64,000 nt of DNA, taken from the NCBI GenBank assembly GCA_964035545.1, contig OZ037766.1:7120722-7184721 (forward strand), written 5' to 3'. The stretch is from Bugula neritina. Lineage: Eukaryota > Animalia > Bryozoa. Within the stretch, counting starts at the first letter, position 1. The number at the start of each line of letters is the position of its first letter. The position numbers and the translations under genes were made by a program. This document shows positions 39,073 through 54,524 of this stretch, one piece after another. The notes beneath the pieces were generated by a model. It searched no databases. It saw nothing but the letters and a program-made list of their open reading frames with translations, and was not told the origin of the DNA.

Positions 39073-41744
39073 GGTTTCAGTTCAACTATTAAATACAAAG
39101 AGTAAAGTTAGTAATAAACACCAATTCATCTAAAACATAATATACATTTACATAAAAGTAAGTTCTATATTATCAAAAGTTGTTTTCATATATATTTATC
39201 AACATCTTTTTAAAACATACTAATGAATACCAATAAAAATATAATTGGAATCTAGACAAAACTTCTTCATTATAATATATCTAATATCCTTTTTAATTTC
39301 AATTTTATAGTGTTTTAGTATCTTTTAGCGTTTTCCCACCAATAAAGATACTGAATTACTGAGTTTGATGCAAATAAATATACATCTTTCATTCTACACC
39401 TAAATTCTATAGTGACCAATAGCTTTAATTATATGCCTATCTTCATATGCCTAACCTTGTCTGCTTTTGAATTCAGTCACCAATTCAATCATTTTATTTT
39501 TTTTTGCATTCTTCACATTATATCATCAACTATATTCTTATTCTACATCTTAAGACTACATCATAAGAAACGCACTAATTATATATAGGAAAGTAACTCC
39601 ACTTAATTATAGATACAATAGATGCAGATAAGTGCTTTACCAAAAAAATAAAAACACCTGGCACAATGCTACAGTGTACATAAGTTTTATAAATTATCAA
39701 ATAATTTTACAGACTGATGGCCAATTATATCAGTAAAATTATGCCATATGTATATAAAACTTTGTTATACAATACAATGTAATGATATTTTAAGGCTAAA
39801 TCCAAAGCATAATATTTTATTGCTATTTAATTAATCATAATTTATTAGTGATATTTGTAAATTTCAACCTATTTAGATTTATTATAGTTACATTACTATT
39901 ATTATAATTATATTATAAAATCTGAAAATTATCTGTGAAAATTTAAACATAAATTATATAGAGGCTATTAGGTTGGAAGGCACAAAGACAGCAAATCACA
40001 TCAACATAGTTGCAAAAGCTCAAGTTTATCCAATTTTGAAATGCTGAGTGAAAGGAAGTAAAATGAAACAAATTTGAGGTATCCATCATGAAAAAAATAA
40101 TTGAGTTCAAGGCTGATGTGAGCTTCTCAGCTGCATTTAAACTATTAGTTGTTAAAAGGATTGCAACCGAATTTTGCAGGCTAGAGTAAAAAAAACTATA
40201 TCTTATCAATCTAATATTTGCTCACGTAGAATTAAATGAGTGTTTTCACAAAGCTCTAATGCAAAAGTCAAATCAACGGAGCTGTATGCTGGAAGTTGCA
40301 TGGAAGCAGGATAGTACGTGACTACTTGTACAAATTACAAAAAACCCAGTACCAACACCACTTCTACTATGACTACTGCAGTATTGTTAATAAACATACC
40401 CATAGTGATATACATCATTAGTCTATTTAATCTATTCATTGGTTTAGTTATTGTGGTACATATTAGAATAGTAATAATTATACTAAAAAAAAACAAAAGT
40501 GTTCATTTGATTCAACTTCAAATTATCAATATTATCATCATAGTAACCACAAATAAAAAGTGATCGTTGGCTTATGAAAAACATAATAGCAATGAGAATA
40601 AGAATATTAATACAAAAAAAATGTTGGTTTCAATGATCATTATAATTATCAATAAGAATATTAAATTCAATATTATTTATGCATACTGGTACATCAAAAT
40701 CATCATTATATTTTAAATTACCATAATCATAATGATAATGACTCAGTAAGTATGACTATGAGTACCATACTAGAAGACAGAAGTAGAGACTCACGACATC
40801 CACTTCCAGTTTCAGTTTTAAAAAGTCACAATCACAATGAATACTGACTCAGATAAAAATAGAGTTAGTGTTACAGTGCTACACTTACTGTTACTGTGTT
40901 AGTGTAACACTATAACTTAATACATTATTATAATTATAAGTGTAAGTATAAATAATACTAATAGTAATAGTAATACTAATAGTAATACGCATACGCAGTA
41001 GACTTAGTAAAAGTATAAATATAAGTTATAACTATAACATTAACTACAAGACTAAGTGTAAAATTAAAGTATAAACTAAAACTAAAACTATAAACTTAAA
41101 AGTTAAGGCTGTACAGCTAAGCCCTAATGCTATTGCATTTGGCTTTGCTCACTAAGCCTTGCGGCTCAACGTCAAACTAAAATTGAAACGCAAAGTAAAC
41201 TTCAAGTTCAAGACTCGGACTGAATTTCACTCTCAGTCTGAGTCTCACTGAAACTGAAAGCAACTGCAAAGTGCAATGGAATGTAACTCTTCCACATGCA
41301 GGCTCCCAGAGGTCAAAATGTAGTGACTGTAACATAAGCTAAGAGGTAGGTAATAAAATTAAATCATGCTGGTTTGCTAGTGCTAACAATTGTTGGGTAA
41401 GAAAAACGAGAACACTACTAAGTTATCCTACTAGTACTAAAAACTATAAGATTAAGATAAGCTCTACTTCACAGTGCTACTGGCAATGCGACAAAATTTC
41501 AATGAAGCAGTTTAAACTGGAATCGCCCGCCTTTCAGCGTCGAGTGAAATTTTAGCTAGTGGTTACAAATACTCAATTTTGTTATTATTGAAGCTATATT
41601 CAATTCCCCTAAAAGATATTTTATTACTGTTATTTGAATTCATGGCTATAACAAAAGACTCTTCCAGGCACGCCTTTTTTTCTGCATTGCATTGAGCTCC
41701 ATCTGAATGAACATTTTAAGTAGTGCAATTATCATTCATCAATT

Positions 41745-44700
41745 ATGACAGAGCAGTTTCCAATAAATGCCGACATCAATGTCAAAGTAAGAAAAATCTA
41801 ATAATAGTATTACATGCATTAATGATTATGTTGATAAATTTATAAAAATATATTTAAAAATGATATACTAAGTTACTCTAAGTCTAAGTCTAATAGTAAT
41901 ACTAATACTAATAGTAATAGTAATAGTTATACTTACAGTTACTCTTAGTCTTAGTAATACTAATAGTAATACTAATACTAATAGTATGAGTACGAGTATC
42001 AGTATGACTGTGTCTGTCTGAGTATGATAGTCAATATAAGTATCTACTAGTGTCTACTAGTATTACTATTAGACTTAGTGCTACGTCTACTGTGCTACTA
42101 CTAGTACTAGTAGTACTTCTACTTCTAGCATCTAAGATCATGTACTTTCCTGTAATTTTAATACAAATTGAAACAATACGAATACATCTGCCTTAAATTA
42201 AAATATCCACAAAGAGACATTAGAATATAAGGTAACCTAGTGCATAAAATGTGGTATACCATAATATGTCTATATGGTGTATTGACATGGCTAGTTCAAT
42301 ACCTAGCATCTTGCTTGGTGTGCCTACAAGACAACTCTAGCTCCTGTCTTAATCTGTACAGGAAGCTAGGCCTCTGGGTTAGTGTATTTGTCTGGTGGTA
42401 CATCTAGGATTCTAGGCTGACCACCTTTCACTAGCACACCCTAACGCATTCTTAATTTATCAGTTCAAAATCTCTCTTTCGCTTTATGCAGACAAGTAGG
42501 CTATGTAAACTTCTTTTTTATTTCACATATAATTTCTTACATGGCATCATAGGATTGTTATTAATAGTCATAATGCAGGTCACACCTATACCATGCTGTT
42601 GCTTAATTTACTTAAACTATAATTGTGCTCTTTTTGCATGGCAAGTGAGGTAACTGGTTAGTAGCATATATACTTCAAAGCTAATATGCGTCACTAGTAT
42701 TGAATTTGTTTCTTATCTTTAGTAAGCTCTACATACTTTTAATTGGCAATTGGTGATTTTCTAACTCTCTATTCAACTTTGTTGTTTTAATTATATTTAT
42801 CTACATAAGCTTTAGAATATATATAATAAATTATTGTCATGAGTAAGAAAAGCAAAGCAAAAGACGTATTAGGTTAATAACTACAAAATATTTAGTTTTA
42901 TGAAATGCAGTATTGAGTTTATTGCGTATTATAATCATAGTTGCTAATAATACTGTAATTCGTTATGCATCAACATTTTCCCAAAGATTAAAGTTAAATT
43001 GTGTTAGAACTTAATATTATAACTATTATAATATTATATTTATATTATATTATATATTATATGTATAATCAATATTTATCATTTTTTATGGAGGTTACTG
43101 TCATTCATGACAGGCACATGCCAACCAACAGCTCTGAATGTAAAGGCAAAGTGGATGCAACATTGGTGTTGCCTCAAATATATGAGCTTTTTATAAACTT
43201 TTCAATGCAATGACAAAAAATATACTCGTATTTAAAGTTCTCAAGATTTAGACTATTAAGAGAAAGGCCCTGAAAAATTCCCTTAATATACAGACTGCGA
43301 GTCGTAAATGATTGATATTACTACTTCACAGTTCACAGGAGTTTAAATGTAAAATTTGCTTCAATTTTTAAATATCAATAAAACTTCTTTAAAATTCTGT
43401 ATATAGCACAATAGTTGAACAAATTAATATGAAATTCTATTATTTCAAAATTTGAAAGCTATTAAAAACTTTGGAAAAAATGATGCTAAGTTTTGTTGCA
43501 CTAATTATTGGAATCTTAGAATGTAGCATTTGTATATAACTGTTTCAAACAATACAACCCTTTTTTTGGTTGTGTATACTTATAATTCTGACTTTGTGTG
43601 CATATAATTGAAGATTATGGAAGACAAGGTGACACAGTGGAGGGATATTTTACCTCCCTGGCTAGGATTTTTCGAGAGAGCTCCTCTAAGTTCAACTATA
43701 GAAGAGTTCAAAACAGAAAAAGGAAAACTACTTTTAGAAAATCTGCTTCATGATGTGATGACCTTTGATGACTCACCTTGCTACGTAGCTTGGGACACAA
43801 AAAACAATAAGGTGATATTTTTATTTAACATATTTTAATGTAATACTCTGTTGTTGAATAAAGTGCTGACTAGAATAATTTATACTTTATAAGGGTATGT
43901 AGTATAGCTAATGTCACTATGTAGCTATTTATATGGGAATAAACTTGCTATTCATGCCTTGCTTACAAAATTTGTATGGTGAATTTACCACCATGACTTC
44001 ATAGACTCAGGGTTGGAGTAATTATAATTTGTAATTGTAATTGGTTGTAATTAATTACATTTTTTCAAGTAATTGAATGTAATTTGTAATTGATGTATAA
44101 AAATGTAATTGTAATTAATTACATATCTAATGTAATTGATTTTTACAAATACTTTATAATTACATGTCAATTACTTCAAACTTTAAAATCCTAAAAATTT
44201 CGAACTTTTCCTACCATGCCTACTGTTAAATAAAAAATTCTGATTAAGTCAATGTGGTATAGTATCACTGTTGAGAACAAAGGAGGTTCACCACTGTCAA
44301 AATTGCCCCTGCTAGTTGGACCCTAGAAGTGAAATTGCATAACTTCTATTTATCTCTTGCGAGAACAAAAGTAACTGTAATTGTAATTAATCACATTGCC
44401 ATGTAATTGTAATTGTAATTAATTACATTACTATTTGACTGTAATTATAATTGTAATTGACAAATTTTCATGTAGTTGTAATTGTAATAATTACATTTCC
44501 ATGTAATTGACCCCAACCATGACTTCATACCACATACTTCATACTACTTACATACTCCTTATGGAGGCTCACAAACTACAACAGTGTTTGGATATCTCTG
44601 TTACATGTATAAGGATCCTGTTACATAAATCAGATTTCCACATGAATCACGCTAGTAAAGACTTTGCCCATGTGGCAAAATAGGGTTGTTGTGCGAATTA

Positions 44701-47700
44701 CATGAGGTCAGCATGCTGATTGAATACTGCCAAAACTTTGCTGTAATAGTGATATAATTGGCTACTTACTATTTACAGATTTCACTTTTGAATTTCAGCT
44801 TCACTTAAGGTTTGCTGGTAAGATTTCAAAATAAATAATTTATAACATTGATCATTGGTCACACTAGTTTCACTGCCACTAGAAACAATTTGCGTATGGC
44901 AGATAACTCCCAACTATTTTCACTATATTGCATTTCAGCTTGATGTAGCAGGTATCTGATCAAGTGTAGACCTTTGATAATACCCACAAATCAAATCACA
45001 ATGACATATGTGTGTTATTTTAGTACGTATAACTCCAGTACTTCAAGCTTTGCACGCTTGGTTATTATAGTATCTGCTTTTAATATGTCACACTTTGCAA
45101 GCCTAACAACTAAAGTATTGAGGCAGTTAAATGGTGCAGTTGATTTGAAGTTGTTTTTAGTTTGTACTTTCTTGGGCATTATTACGATTTGTGTTTGTAT
45201 ACCCTGTGTTTATTTGTTAACAATTCTGAAAGGCATTTTTTTTTTATATTATATTGAGGAATTGATAAGAACCTGCAATTCAAATTTGTGATGTCATCAG
45301 AATATTGGTATAAAAACTCATGCAAGTTTATAGTCACCCTCCTTGTGAGAAACTCCTGATGGAAAGGGTTTATGGTTTAATCGGGGTAAGGAATTATTCA
45401 TATACATGTGGCACAGGAGCAATTATGACTGGATGCTCTTTCCAACAACACCAATGGCCTTTGTTGGGGCTCGAACCCAAAACTCCGTGCTTACTAGGCA
45501 AACATTCTAACCCCTAGACCACGGCTGCTCCCTATTAAGTTAGTAGCATAAATTGTTTTAAAAAAATGGTAAATTCATGAGTTAAAACTGTGAGGTGATT
45601 TGCAGGCTGCAGGATTCATAATAAATCAGTCACTATACAAGGACCCTGCACTTGCACCAAGTAGGCCATTCATACCCTTTATGAAATACAAATTAGATGA
45701 AGAAGTTGAAAACAAAATCAAGGCAGTATCTAGCTTTATGACAAAGTTAGCAGAGGGTTATGACATATTCACTGACTTAGAGTAAGTGCGGCTTTGTATG
45801 ATAGACTTGATATAAATAGAGGGGTTTCAGACATCCCTCCAGAGGAATTTGTATTTTAAAGTTGTCTCCCCCTACAGGTATTAGGGCAGTCTCAATGATA
45901 TATAGAAGGCCCATAAAATAAGTAAAATTGTGCGGTTTGAGTGAAGACTACTACTAGTATAAGTTTCATTTTTTCTGAGATTAATATTTTGGCATAGGTA
46001 CACATATGAGCAGTTTCAGAAATTTTTTAAAAAATTTTGTTAATGATAAATGGCACAAAAAGAAAACTTCAAAGCATATTTGTGGTTTTGGTTATTGAGC
46101 AAATCTGAAGCTGGCAGCTGTCATTATTATTTGCTTTGCTGACTGTAACCAGTCTGGTTAGAGCTGCTAACCTTTCAACTCTTAGAACAATAATAACATG
46201 CTCGTACACTATATAGCTGCACTAGTGGGCTCTGTCTTACTGAACTCCAAATGCTCCAAATTATGGGTTGGAACACATGCCTGTACGTTTATGAAGGCAC
46301 TGGCTCATTTGTATTAACATGTTCACGTACTTACACACCTATAATATGAAAATAACTAAGCCACCCTACTATCTAATATTTATATATATCAAAAAAATTA
46401 TTATAAATATAAAGATATGTATTAAAATAGATAGATTAAGTTTGTAATTTCAAACAACATCTTATCTAAAAATGCCAAACACTGTATAACTATATATATT
46501 TTTTAAAAGCATTTGTTTACATGGCATGTCTGCAAGTCAATGAAAATATTTAAAGAACAGTAAAAAGAAGCATATAAATTTCAGAATAGTTTCTTCTTTT
46601 CTGAGATAAATATTTTGGAAATGTCCCACAATTCAACATTTAAATTAAGTCTGTAAAAGAATTTTTCACAGTGTATTTTCAATGAATAATTATTCTTGCA
46701 AGCTGGTCTGTGTTTGTTCTGGCATGCCATTTTACAGTGGTCTAGTTAACTAGGTCAAAGTTCATTGAGGTAGAATTGTTTTATTAACCTCCTTGTGTTG
46801 ATAAAATACTATCATTGGATTTAGAGCTTCTCTAAGCAACTTCGCAGTCTGATTAAATATCTGCGATACCTGCCTATTAGACAATCCAAACCTAAAAAAT
46901 AATATACTAAATCTTTGTATTACATGTATGGATGAAAAATAATGCAACAAATTGGCTAAAGCATGTTCAAGTAATGTGAAAAACTCGAAATATAAATGAG
47001 TCAAACTAGAGCTAGTCAAGTGTGTGGTGTTTTTGGCCGATTTATATGTGTTGTTTAATCAGCTTATTATGTAGTGATGTAATCCTATATAATGTAATTT
47101 AAGTTAGACAGCTAAAGTTGGACAGTTCTCATCGTGCACTTTCTTGAATAAGCAGTTATGTAATATAGAGAGACAGCTACTCAACAGAGAGCTTCAAGCA
47201 AACAAAATTCTTGCAACGAGGTTGATTGAATACAAAACAGCTGCTGCTATTCTTATAGCAGCATGCATTGTATAAGAGATAGCCTGATGGTTCACATAGT
47301 TTACATACAGTGACATACCACTGAAAATTATTAGAAACCACAGAAAAGATATAAAGGAGAGAATGCTGGCACAAAGGAAGCATAGCAATGTGGTCAAATA
47401 TATGGCTGAAAACTGACCTAGAGATAAATAAGTACAAAATGTACATAATATAGCTAAATCAGTAAAGCCAAATGATTTGATATAAAAAGTATTATCTGGG
47501 AATTTAGTGAAACTTAGTAGCATTATTTAGAACTCCACCTTTGAGCAAGATCCGTATGGAGTAAAGCCAATCTTAATTTTATTAGTGTCATAAGAATGCA
47601 GTCATTATGACATAGTTCGTTCTTTCTATACTTTACAGCTGGTACTAAATGTACATTTCAACTTTTTTTTTGAAAACAAAATAAGTTGCTTTGGCTGAAA

Positions 47701-49408
47701 AGTGCTTTTTTTTGATGATTTTTTTTCTGCAATGCAGCAGTATACAATTTACAATGCTCCAAAAACATTTCTTTATTAGGAATGTTGGTATACAAACAGC
47801 TTGCAAGAATAGTTATTTATTGAAAATACACTGTGAATTTTTTTTTACAGACTTAATTTAAATGTTGAATGGTGGGACATTTTCAAAATATTCATCTCAG
47901 AAAAGAAGAAACTATTCTGAAATTTATATGCTTCTTTTTACTGTTCTCTAAATATTTTCATTGACTTGCAGGCATGCCATGTAAACAAATTATGCTTTTA
48001 AAAAATATATATAGTTATACAGTGTTTGGCATTTTTAGATAAGATGTTGTTTGAAATTACAAACTTAATCTATCTATTTTAATACATATCTTTATATTTA
48101 TAATAATTTTTTTGATATATATAAATATTAGATAGTAGGGTGGCTTAGTTATTTTCATATTATAGGTGTGTAAGTACGTGAACATGTTAATACAAATGAG
48201 CCAGTGCCTTCATAAACGTACAGGCATGTGTTCCAACCCATAATTTGGAGCATTTGGAGTTCAGTAAGACAGAGCCCACTAGTGCAGCTATATAGTGTAC
48301 GAGCATGTTATTATTGTTCTAAGAGTTGAAAGGTTAGCAGCTCTAACCAGACTGGTTACAGTCAGCAAAGCAAATAATAATGACAGCTGCCAGCTTCAGA
48401 TTTGCTCAATAACCAAAACCACAAATATGCTTTGAAGTTTTCTTTTTGTGCCATTTATCATTAACAAATTTTTTTAAAAAATTTCTGAAACTGCTCATAT
48501 GTGTACCTATGCCAAAATATTAATCTCAGAAAAAATGAAACTTATACTAGTAGTAGTCTTCACTCAAACCGCACAATTTTACTTATTTTATGGGCCTTCT
48601 ATATATCATTGAGACTGCCCCTAATACCTGTAGGGGGAGACAACTTTAAAATACAAATTCCTCTGGAGGGATGTCTGAAACCCCTCTATTAAATTAAAAC
48701 ATACATATTCTAGTGAGAGAATAATAAGCTTAAGCTTTTAACGTAACAACAAGCATAAATTGCTAGTCAAATATCATTTAATATCAATCAATCAATATAG
48801 CCAATAGCAATTTTTTATTTAAACTACTGATCATATACATTATATTTCAATATTATAGGCTTTTATCTGTAATTTAAGCAATTGCAGCATTTCATCCAAA
48901 ATATGCTTGCAGCTTCATATTTTTTAAATATAAATGTTTACCGAAGTACATGTTTTACTTTTGCACTTTTGTGTTATTTATAGCAATTATATGTAGATAA
49001 TAGGTTAATTTTCTTGTATAATATTTGTACTTTAAGATGCATTCAAAATAACTGCTCTGTAATTATTATCAAACTTTGTAAAGTTAAGACATATTTTTGA
49101 TTACTATATTTCTTAGGGTGGAGTTCGTTATAAAGATCCAGTTTGCTTCCGTCACAGATGGGTACCAAAATCAGCGAGTAATGACAAGAATATTGAAGCA
49201 ATTCCTCGATGACTGCCGATTGAGCACAACTGGGCCTGAAGCTGTTATCGTAGAGTGTACTAGTTATTTTACATATAAAATATGTGAAAAACTTGGCATG
49301 AATTTAGCGTTCGAACTTGACTTTTCTGAAAATTTTGTTCACTATAAGAAAATTGTGAATAATGACATTCATAAAAAAGCATATGTTATGGTAAAGAAGC
49401 TTGAGTAA
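41745..49408 (+). CDS. GNAT N-acyltransferase, AANAT-like, paralog B (about 235 aa, short N-terminus)
   Basis: Exons 41745-41786 (MTEQFPINADINVK, least certain), 43614-43811, 45606-45781 and 49117-49408. Motifs FFERAPLS, ASVTDGYQNQRVMTRI and ECTSYFTYKICEKLGM. Confidence 0.75.
44008..44521. mobile_element. Non-autonomous TIR element with GTAATT subterminal arrays (hAT-like)
   Basis: Termini CAGGGTTGGAGTAATT / AATTGACCCCAACCATG, with dense gtaatt/aattac repeats in both ends. No clean TSD. Confidence 0.6.
45322..45532 (-). mobile_element. tRNA-derived SINE, family A
   Basis: Reverse-complement copy of 27724-27915. Confidence 0.85.
45815..48690. mobile_element. Foldback DNA transposon, 2.9 kb, with about 890-bp TIRs
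   Basis: AATAGAGGGGTTTCAGACATCCC... / ...GGGATGTCTGAAACCCCTCTATT. Arms at about 45815-46706 and 47797-48690 are near-identical in reverse complement. The element is absent from the duplicated intron near 54745. Confidence 0.9.
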
Positions 49409-50403
49409 AACTAGTTGTAGGGGAATTTAATTTAAAGCATCAGAAAATGTGTTGTTACCTTTTAGAGTATTATTTATGATACTGTAAACGTTTTAGATAT
49501 ACTTTTATATTATATAGCTACTATTTTTATACTATTTTCTATGTGACAAAATTTTACAAATTATGAGCTGAGATAATTGATAACTTTTAATGTCATTATA
49601 TTATATTATGTTATTATATTATATTGCTATATATAGCAATATCATATATGTTATTATACAAAATTATGCAACGTGTTGTATACTGTTATTCTCCTAATTT
49701 ATATGTCTTCTGACATGCAACAGAAAAAGAAAGAGAAAATAGATAAAGTTGTCTTTCATAGTGCAGTGTTCTCAGCAAGCTTATCTCTGTCTTATAATAA
49801 TTGTAATAGATCAGATCAAGTTGGTAATGCTAAGCATTCTGTTCCATCACCCAGTAGCCCAGTGTTGCATTATAAGCAATAAATACTACTGTAAAGGACC
49901 ACTAGGACAGGGGATTTTATGAATCATCGTTGATAAATCTAACTACACAAGAATGACAGCCTTGTTTTGCTAACAGGTTTCTAAAATTATCTGTTTTGCA
50001 ACAGCTCTCTTTTACAGCGGTGGTCAGCTGTGAAGTCATTATTTTGCAAGTAGGGTTTTATTATGACGTGATTTCCGCTCGGATGACTGCAGTCGGCCTT
50101 ACGAGCACGCTAATATATCATCTGGCTCTATGCATGAATGCATAAAACTTGCTGTTGGTCTAACGACTTAATTCATGACTTACTCGAGCTTGTGTATTTT
50201 TGTGACGTACGCTATGACTGCTTCCACGGTTTCGTAATAATATCAGCACAATTATAATGATAATACATTCTGATTAAATGTTGAGCTACCGGTTATGTAT
50301 AAATAACAATGTTTTGCTAGAAACATCCTATGAAGTATAAATGCTTCGACTTGTTCTGCTTGAAATCAGTTGCTAGTTTAGAATTATTTCAGTAAGATTT
50401 GAT

Positions 50404-52034
50404 ATGATGAGTTGGAGAACTTTTTGTAGATTTTCATTTCTCGGCCTCTCTCATGGCTCAAAGCCAACCTTTAAGTTACCGACTAGACAACTATCTTCAG
50501 CAGCTGAAAAAAGAAATCTCATATCAATTCCAACATTGAAATCAAACATCAAAATTATGGTGAGTGTTTTAGGAACCTTTTCACTTCATACCAATAAATA
50601 TTGTTAAAATAACATTTCAAGCATCCAGTTTCTGAATTCTATCAAAGTTGATTTTTTTTTCAATTTGATAGACAATGAAAGATAAATCAACAGAATGGAG
50701 AAATGTATTGACTCCGTGGCTAGACTTTTTCAAGTATGAACCACTAAATTCAGCTGTGGAAGGATTTCAAAGTGAGAATGGGAAACGATGTTTAGAAGGT
50801 CTGTTAAAAGATACTCTACTCTTTGATGACACTCCGTGTATAGTGGCTTGGGACACTGACAAAGATCAGGTATATATAGTGGATATTAGGTTTTATTTAG
50901 TGTAAATGTAAATACAGAATGCACCTATTTAAGCCACTTTTTGAGCCAATATGGATAATACAGAAACCTCAGCTGCTTCCAGTTGTTAACTTTCTCTGGC
51001 TCTGCTGATCTATACATATACATAGTCATAAATTAGTTACAGTAAGAAGGGCTTCAACATAGCTGGAGGCCATATTTTCTATATAAATTGTAGCTTAAGG
51101 CATAGGCTATACATTCTTTTGTGAGAATTCCGCACTAGTTATAGACAGGTTTTTAAAAATGCTCCCTATAATGCACCTAAATTATGGCATGTTGTAAAAA
51201 GATTGAATTTTTTGTTAATTTTTATGAGCAGGCTGCCGGTTTTATCATAAACCAGACCTTCTATAAAGATCCAACCCCAGAGCAAGCCAAGCCTCCAGTT
51301 CCTTTTGCAAACCAAAATTGGGATCCAGAATGTTTACCTCAAATTATGGAGATTGAGAAAACTATGCAGTCACTTTCACAGAAGTATGATGTGTTTACAG
51401 ATTTAGGGTGAGTGATAATATCATGTAATAAATCGTAAACTATTGTAAGTGTTGTTATAATTGCTTCTATTTAGCTACATTATTGGTATCTAACAACATA
51501 AATTGTTTATATATTAACGATGAAAATTATATGGTACAAAATTTTGTCAGCCTATACAATATTAAAACTAATTCATTCTTCTAATGTTAAATAGTACAGC
51601 ACTAATTGTCATGCAATGAAACAATGAAACAAAGCTTGTTTGTGGTTTTTATAATTATTTATATAACTATTGCATTGTTTTTGCCTTCATATGTTTGTTC
51701 AGCTTAATTTTCCTGATCTAAATTTACTTTACTTCATTTTAGGGTGAAAAAAATATTTAAAACCCAAGTGATGTGTGTGTCACCAGAATACATGAAGCAC
51801 GGCGTAGCTCAGATGATGGGAGAGAAAGGTTTCAAGGTGGCTCTCGATGCTAAGTATGGTTACGAAGCTGTAATATCGGAGTGCACTAGTCATTATTCAT
51901 ACAAAGCATCCCTGAAATTTGGCTTCCGTTTAGCATATGAGTGTGACTTCTCAGAATGTTATTCCGGCTTTGATAAGATGGCAAACAAGTCAACTCATCA
52001 ACGAGCCAGAGTGATGGTGTACAAAATAAAATAA
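50404..52034 (+). CDS. GNAT N-acyltransferase, AANAT-like, paralog C (273 aa)
   Basis: Exons 50404-50559, 50672-50869, 51232-51407 and 51743-52034. FFKYEPLN resembles the FxxDEPLN motif of insect AANATs. Motif A is VSPEYMKHGVAQMM and motif B is ECTSHYSYKASLKFGF. Confidence 0.85.
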
Positions 52035-52184
52035 TCACAGCAATTTTATATATCCAGTTGGTAGCATGACTTATATTAATGCAAATTAAGGCTTTGATAA
52101 GCACCTCAACTTGTTCACTATATTTTGTAGACAATTTTATTTTTTTCATCATTTTTTAAAACACAGTTTCTTTTACTTTACAAG

Positions 52185-52252
<68 letters not shown>

Positions 52253-52259
<7 letters not shown>

Positions 52260-52445
52260 GAAGTAAAATGAGATTTGATTAATATAATGGCATTTATTAT
52301 TAGTAGTTTCGTACACAAGAACGATGTGCACTCGTCAGATAAATTAGTGGCTAATTTATCTGACGAGTGCACATCGTTCTTGTATACGAAACTACTAGTA
52401 ATAAATGCCATTATATTAATCAAATCTCATTTTACTTCTTCTAAT
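52253..52445. repeat. 193-bp palindrome made of an inverted Penelope-type pseudo-LTR segment
   Basis: attagaagaagtaaaatgag...ctcattttacttcttctaat. Each arm carries a hammerhead core. A related sequence lies at 28110-28185. Confidence 0.85.
52354..52406 (+). ncRNA. Minimal type I hammerhead ribozyme
   Basis: auuuau-CUGACGA-gugcaca(ucguucu)uguauac-GAA-acu(acu)agu-A|auaaau, giving stem I 6 bp, stem II 7 bp and a short stem III. Predicted GUA cleavage after 52400. The mirror copy at 52292-52344 (-) has a stem III mismatch. Confidence 0.75.
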
Positions 52446-52505
52446 GTTTACGCTCTAGATTTATTTCTATAGAGCACTCTAGTAACGTTTTATAAACACT
52501 CATTT

Positions 52506-53712
<1,207 letters not shown>

Positions 53713-53730
53713 ATATATATATGTATATAT

Positions 53731-54019
53731 ATAGGTATACGAGAAACATTGTTGATTTATTACTTTATTAGGTAAAGTAATTATACTAATATTTCGGGTA
53801 CCACTGTACCCATCTTCAGAGTAGCAATGAATGAAATTCAAAAATTATTATGTTTTGTATATTACGCAGGTCAAAAATTATACTGACTCTTTTGCATAAA
53901 AAATAAATTAGAGTTGACAAAAAAAAATATAGATATCCAAGTATAAAAATAGCAAGAATTATAGTATAATTACTTTACCTAATAAAGTAATAAATCAACA
54001 ATGTTTCTCGTATACCTAT
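53731..54019. mobile_element. 289-bp element with about 58-bp inverted termini in a (TA)n tract, containing a degenerate hammerhead core
   Basis: ataggtatacgagaaacattgttgatttattac... / ...gtaataaatcaacaatgtttctcgtatacctat. The minus strand at about 53780-53824 reads CUGAAGA-u-ggguac(agug)guaccc-GAAA. Confidence 0.6.
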
Positions 54020-54063
54020 TTATAATCAAATTGCTAGCTCGTATAGATATATATATATATATA

Positions 54064-54154
<91 letters not shown>

Positions 54155-54524
54155 CTTATAGTATTGCTACCTGCTGATATTATTTGTATTTAAATACACT
54201 TTTTAAGATCATGCATGTATAAAATCAAAGTGTAGTTATTTCATCCATGAGTATGGAACATACTAGAACATGTTGTACATAATATATTATAATAAACCAG
54301 CTCAAATTTATTGTTAACAGTTTTATTCCAATAGATTATTCAACACTCAGCTTTTTCCTGTTGGTTAAAAATTGTTAATTTGCATATATCCAATAAGTAA
54401 AATAACTAAGTAATAGATGTGAAATGTTTTCAATTAGGAGATGAGAGTTTTATAAAAACTTAATATAAAACTTGTTCAGAGTTTGTTCAACTATAAAATT
54501 ATGTAGAATTCTCAAAAGTTGAAA

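Noticed and set aside
47177-47523. Hydrophobic ORFs in the foldback core as cargo or transposase
   Set aside because: They are short, AT-driven and lack any recognisable motif.
50060-50210. CRE-like TGACGT sites upstream of GNAT C
   Set aside because: They are not conserved in the duplicate upstream of paralog E (tgacgc, ccacgt) and are short enough to occur by chance.
53713-53841. N-terminal 43 aa of the 326-aa PLE ORF
   Set aside because: It derives from a TA tract and the adjacent inverted-repeat element. The PLE is 5'-truncated and lacks the RT catalytic core.
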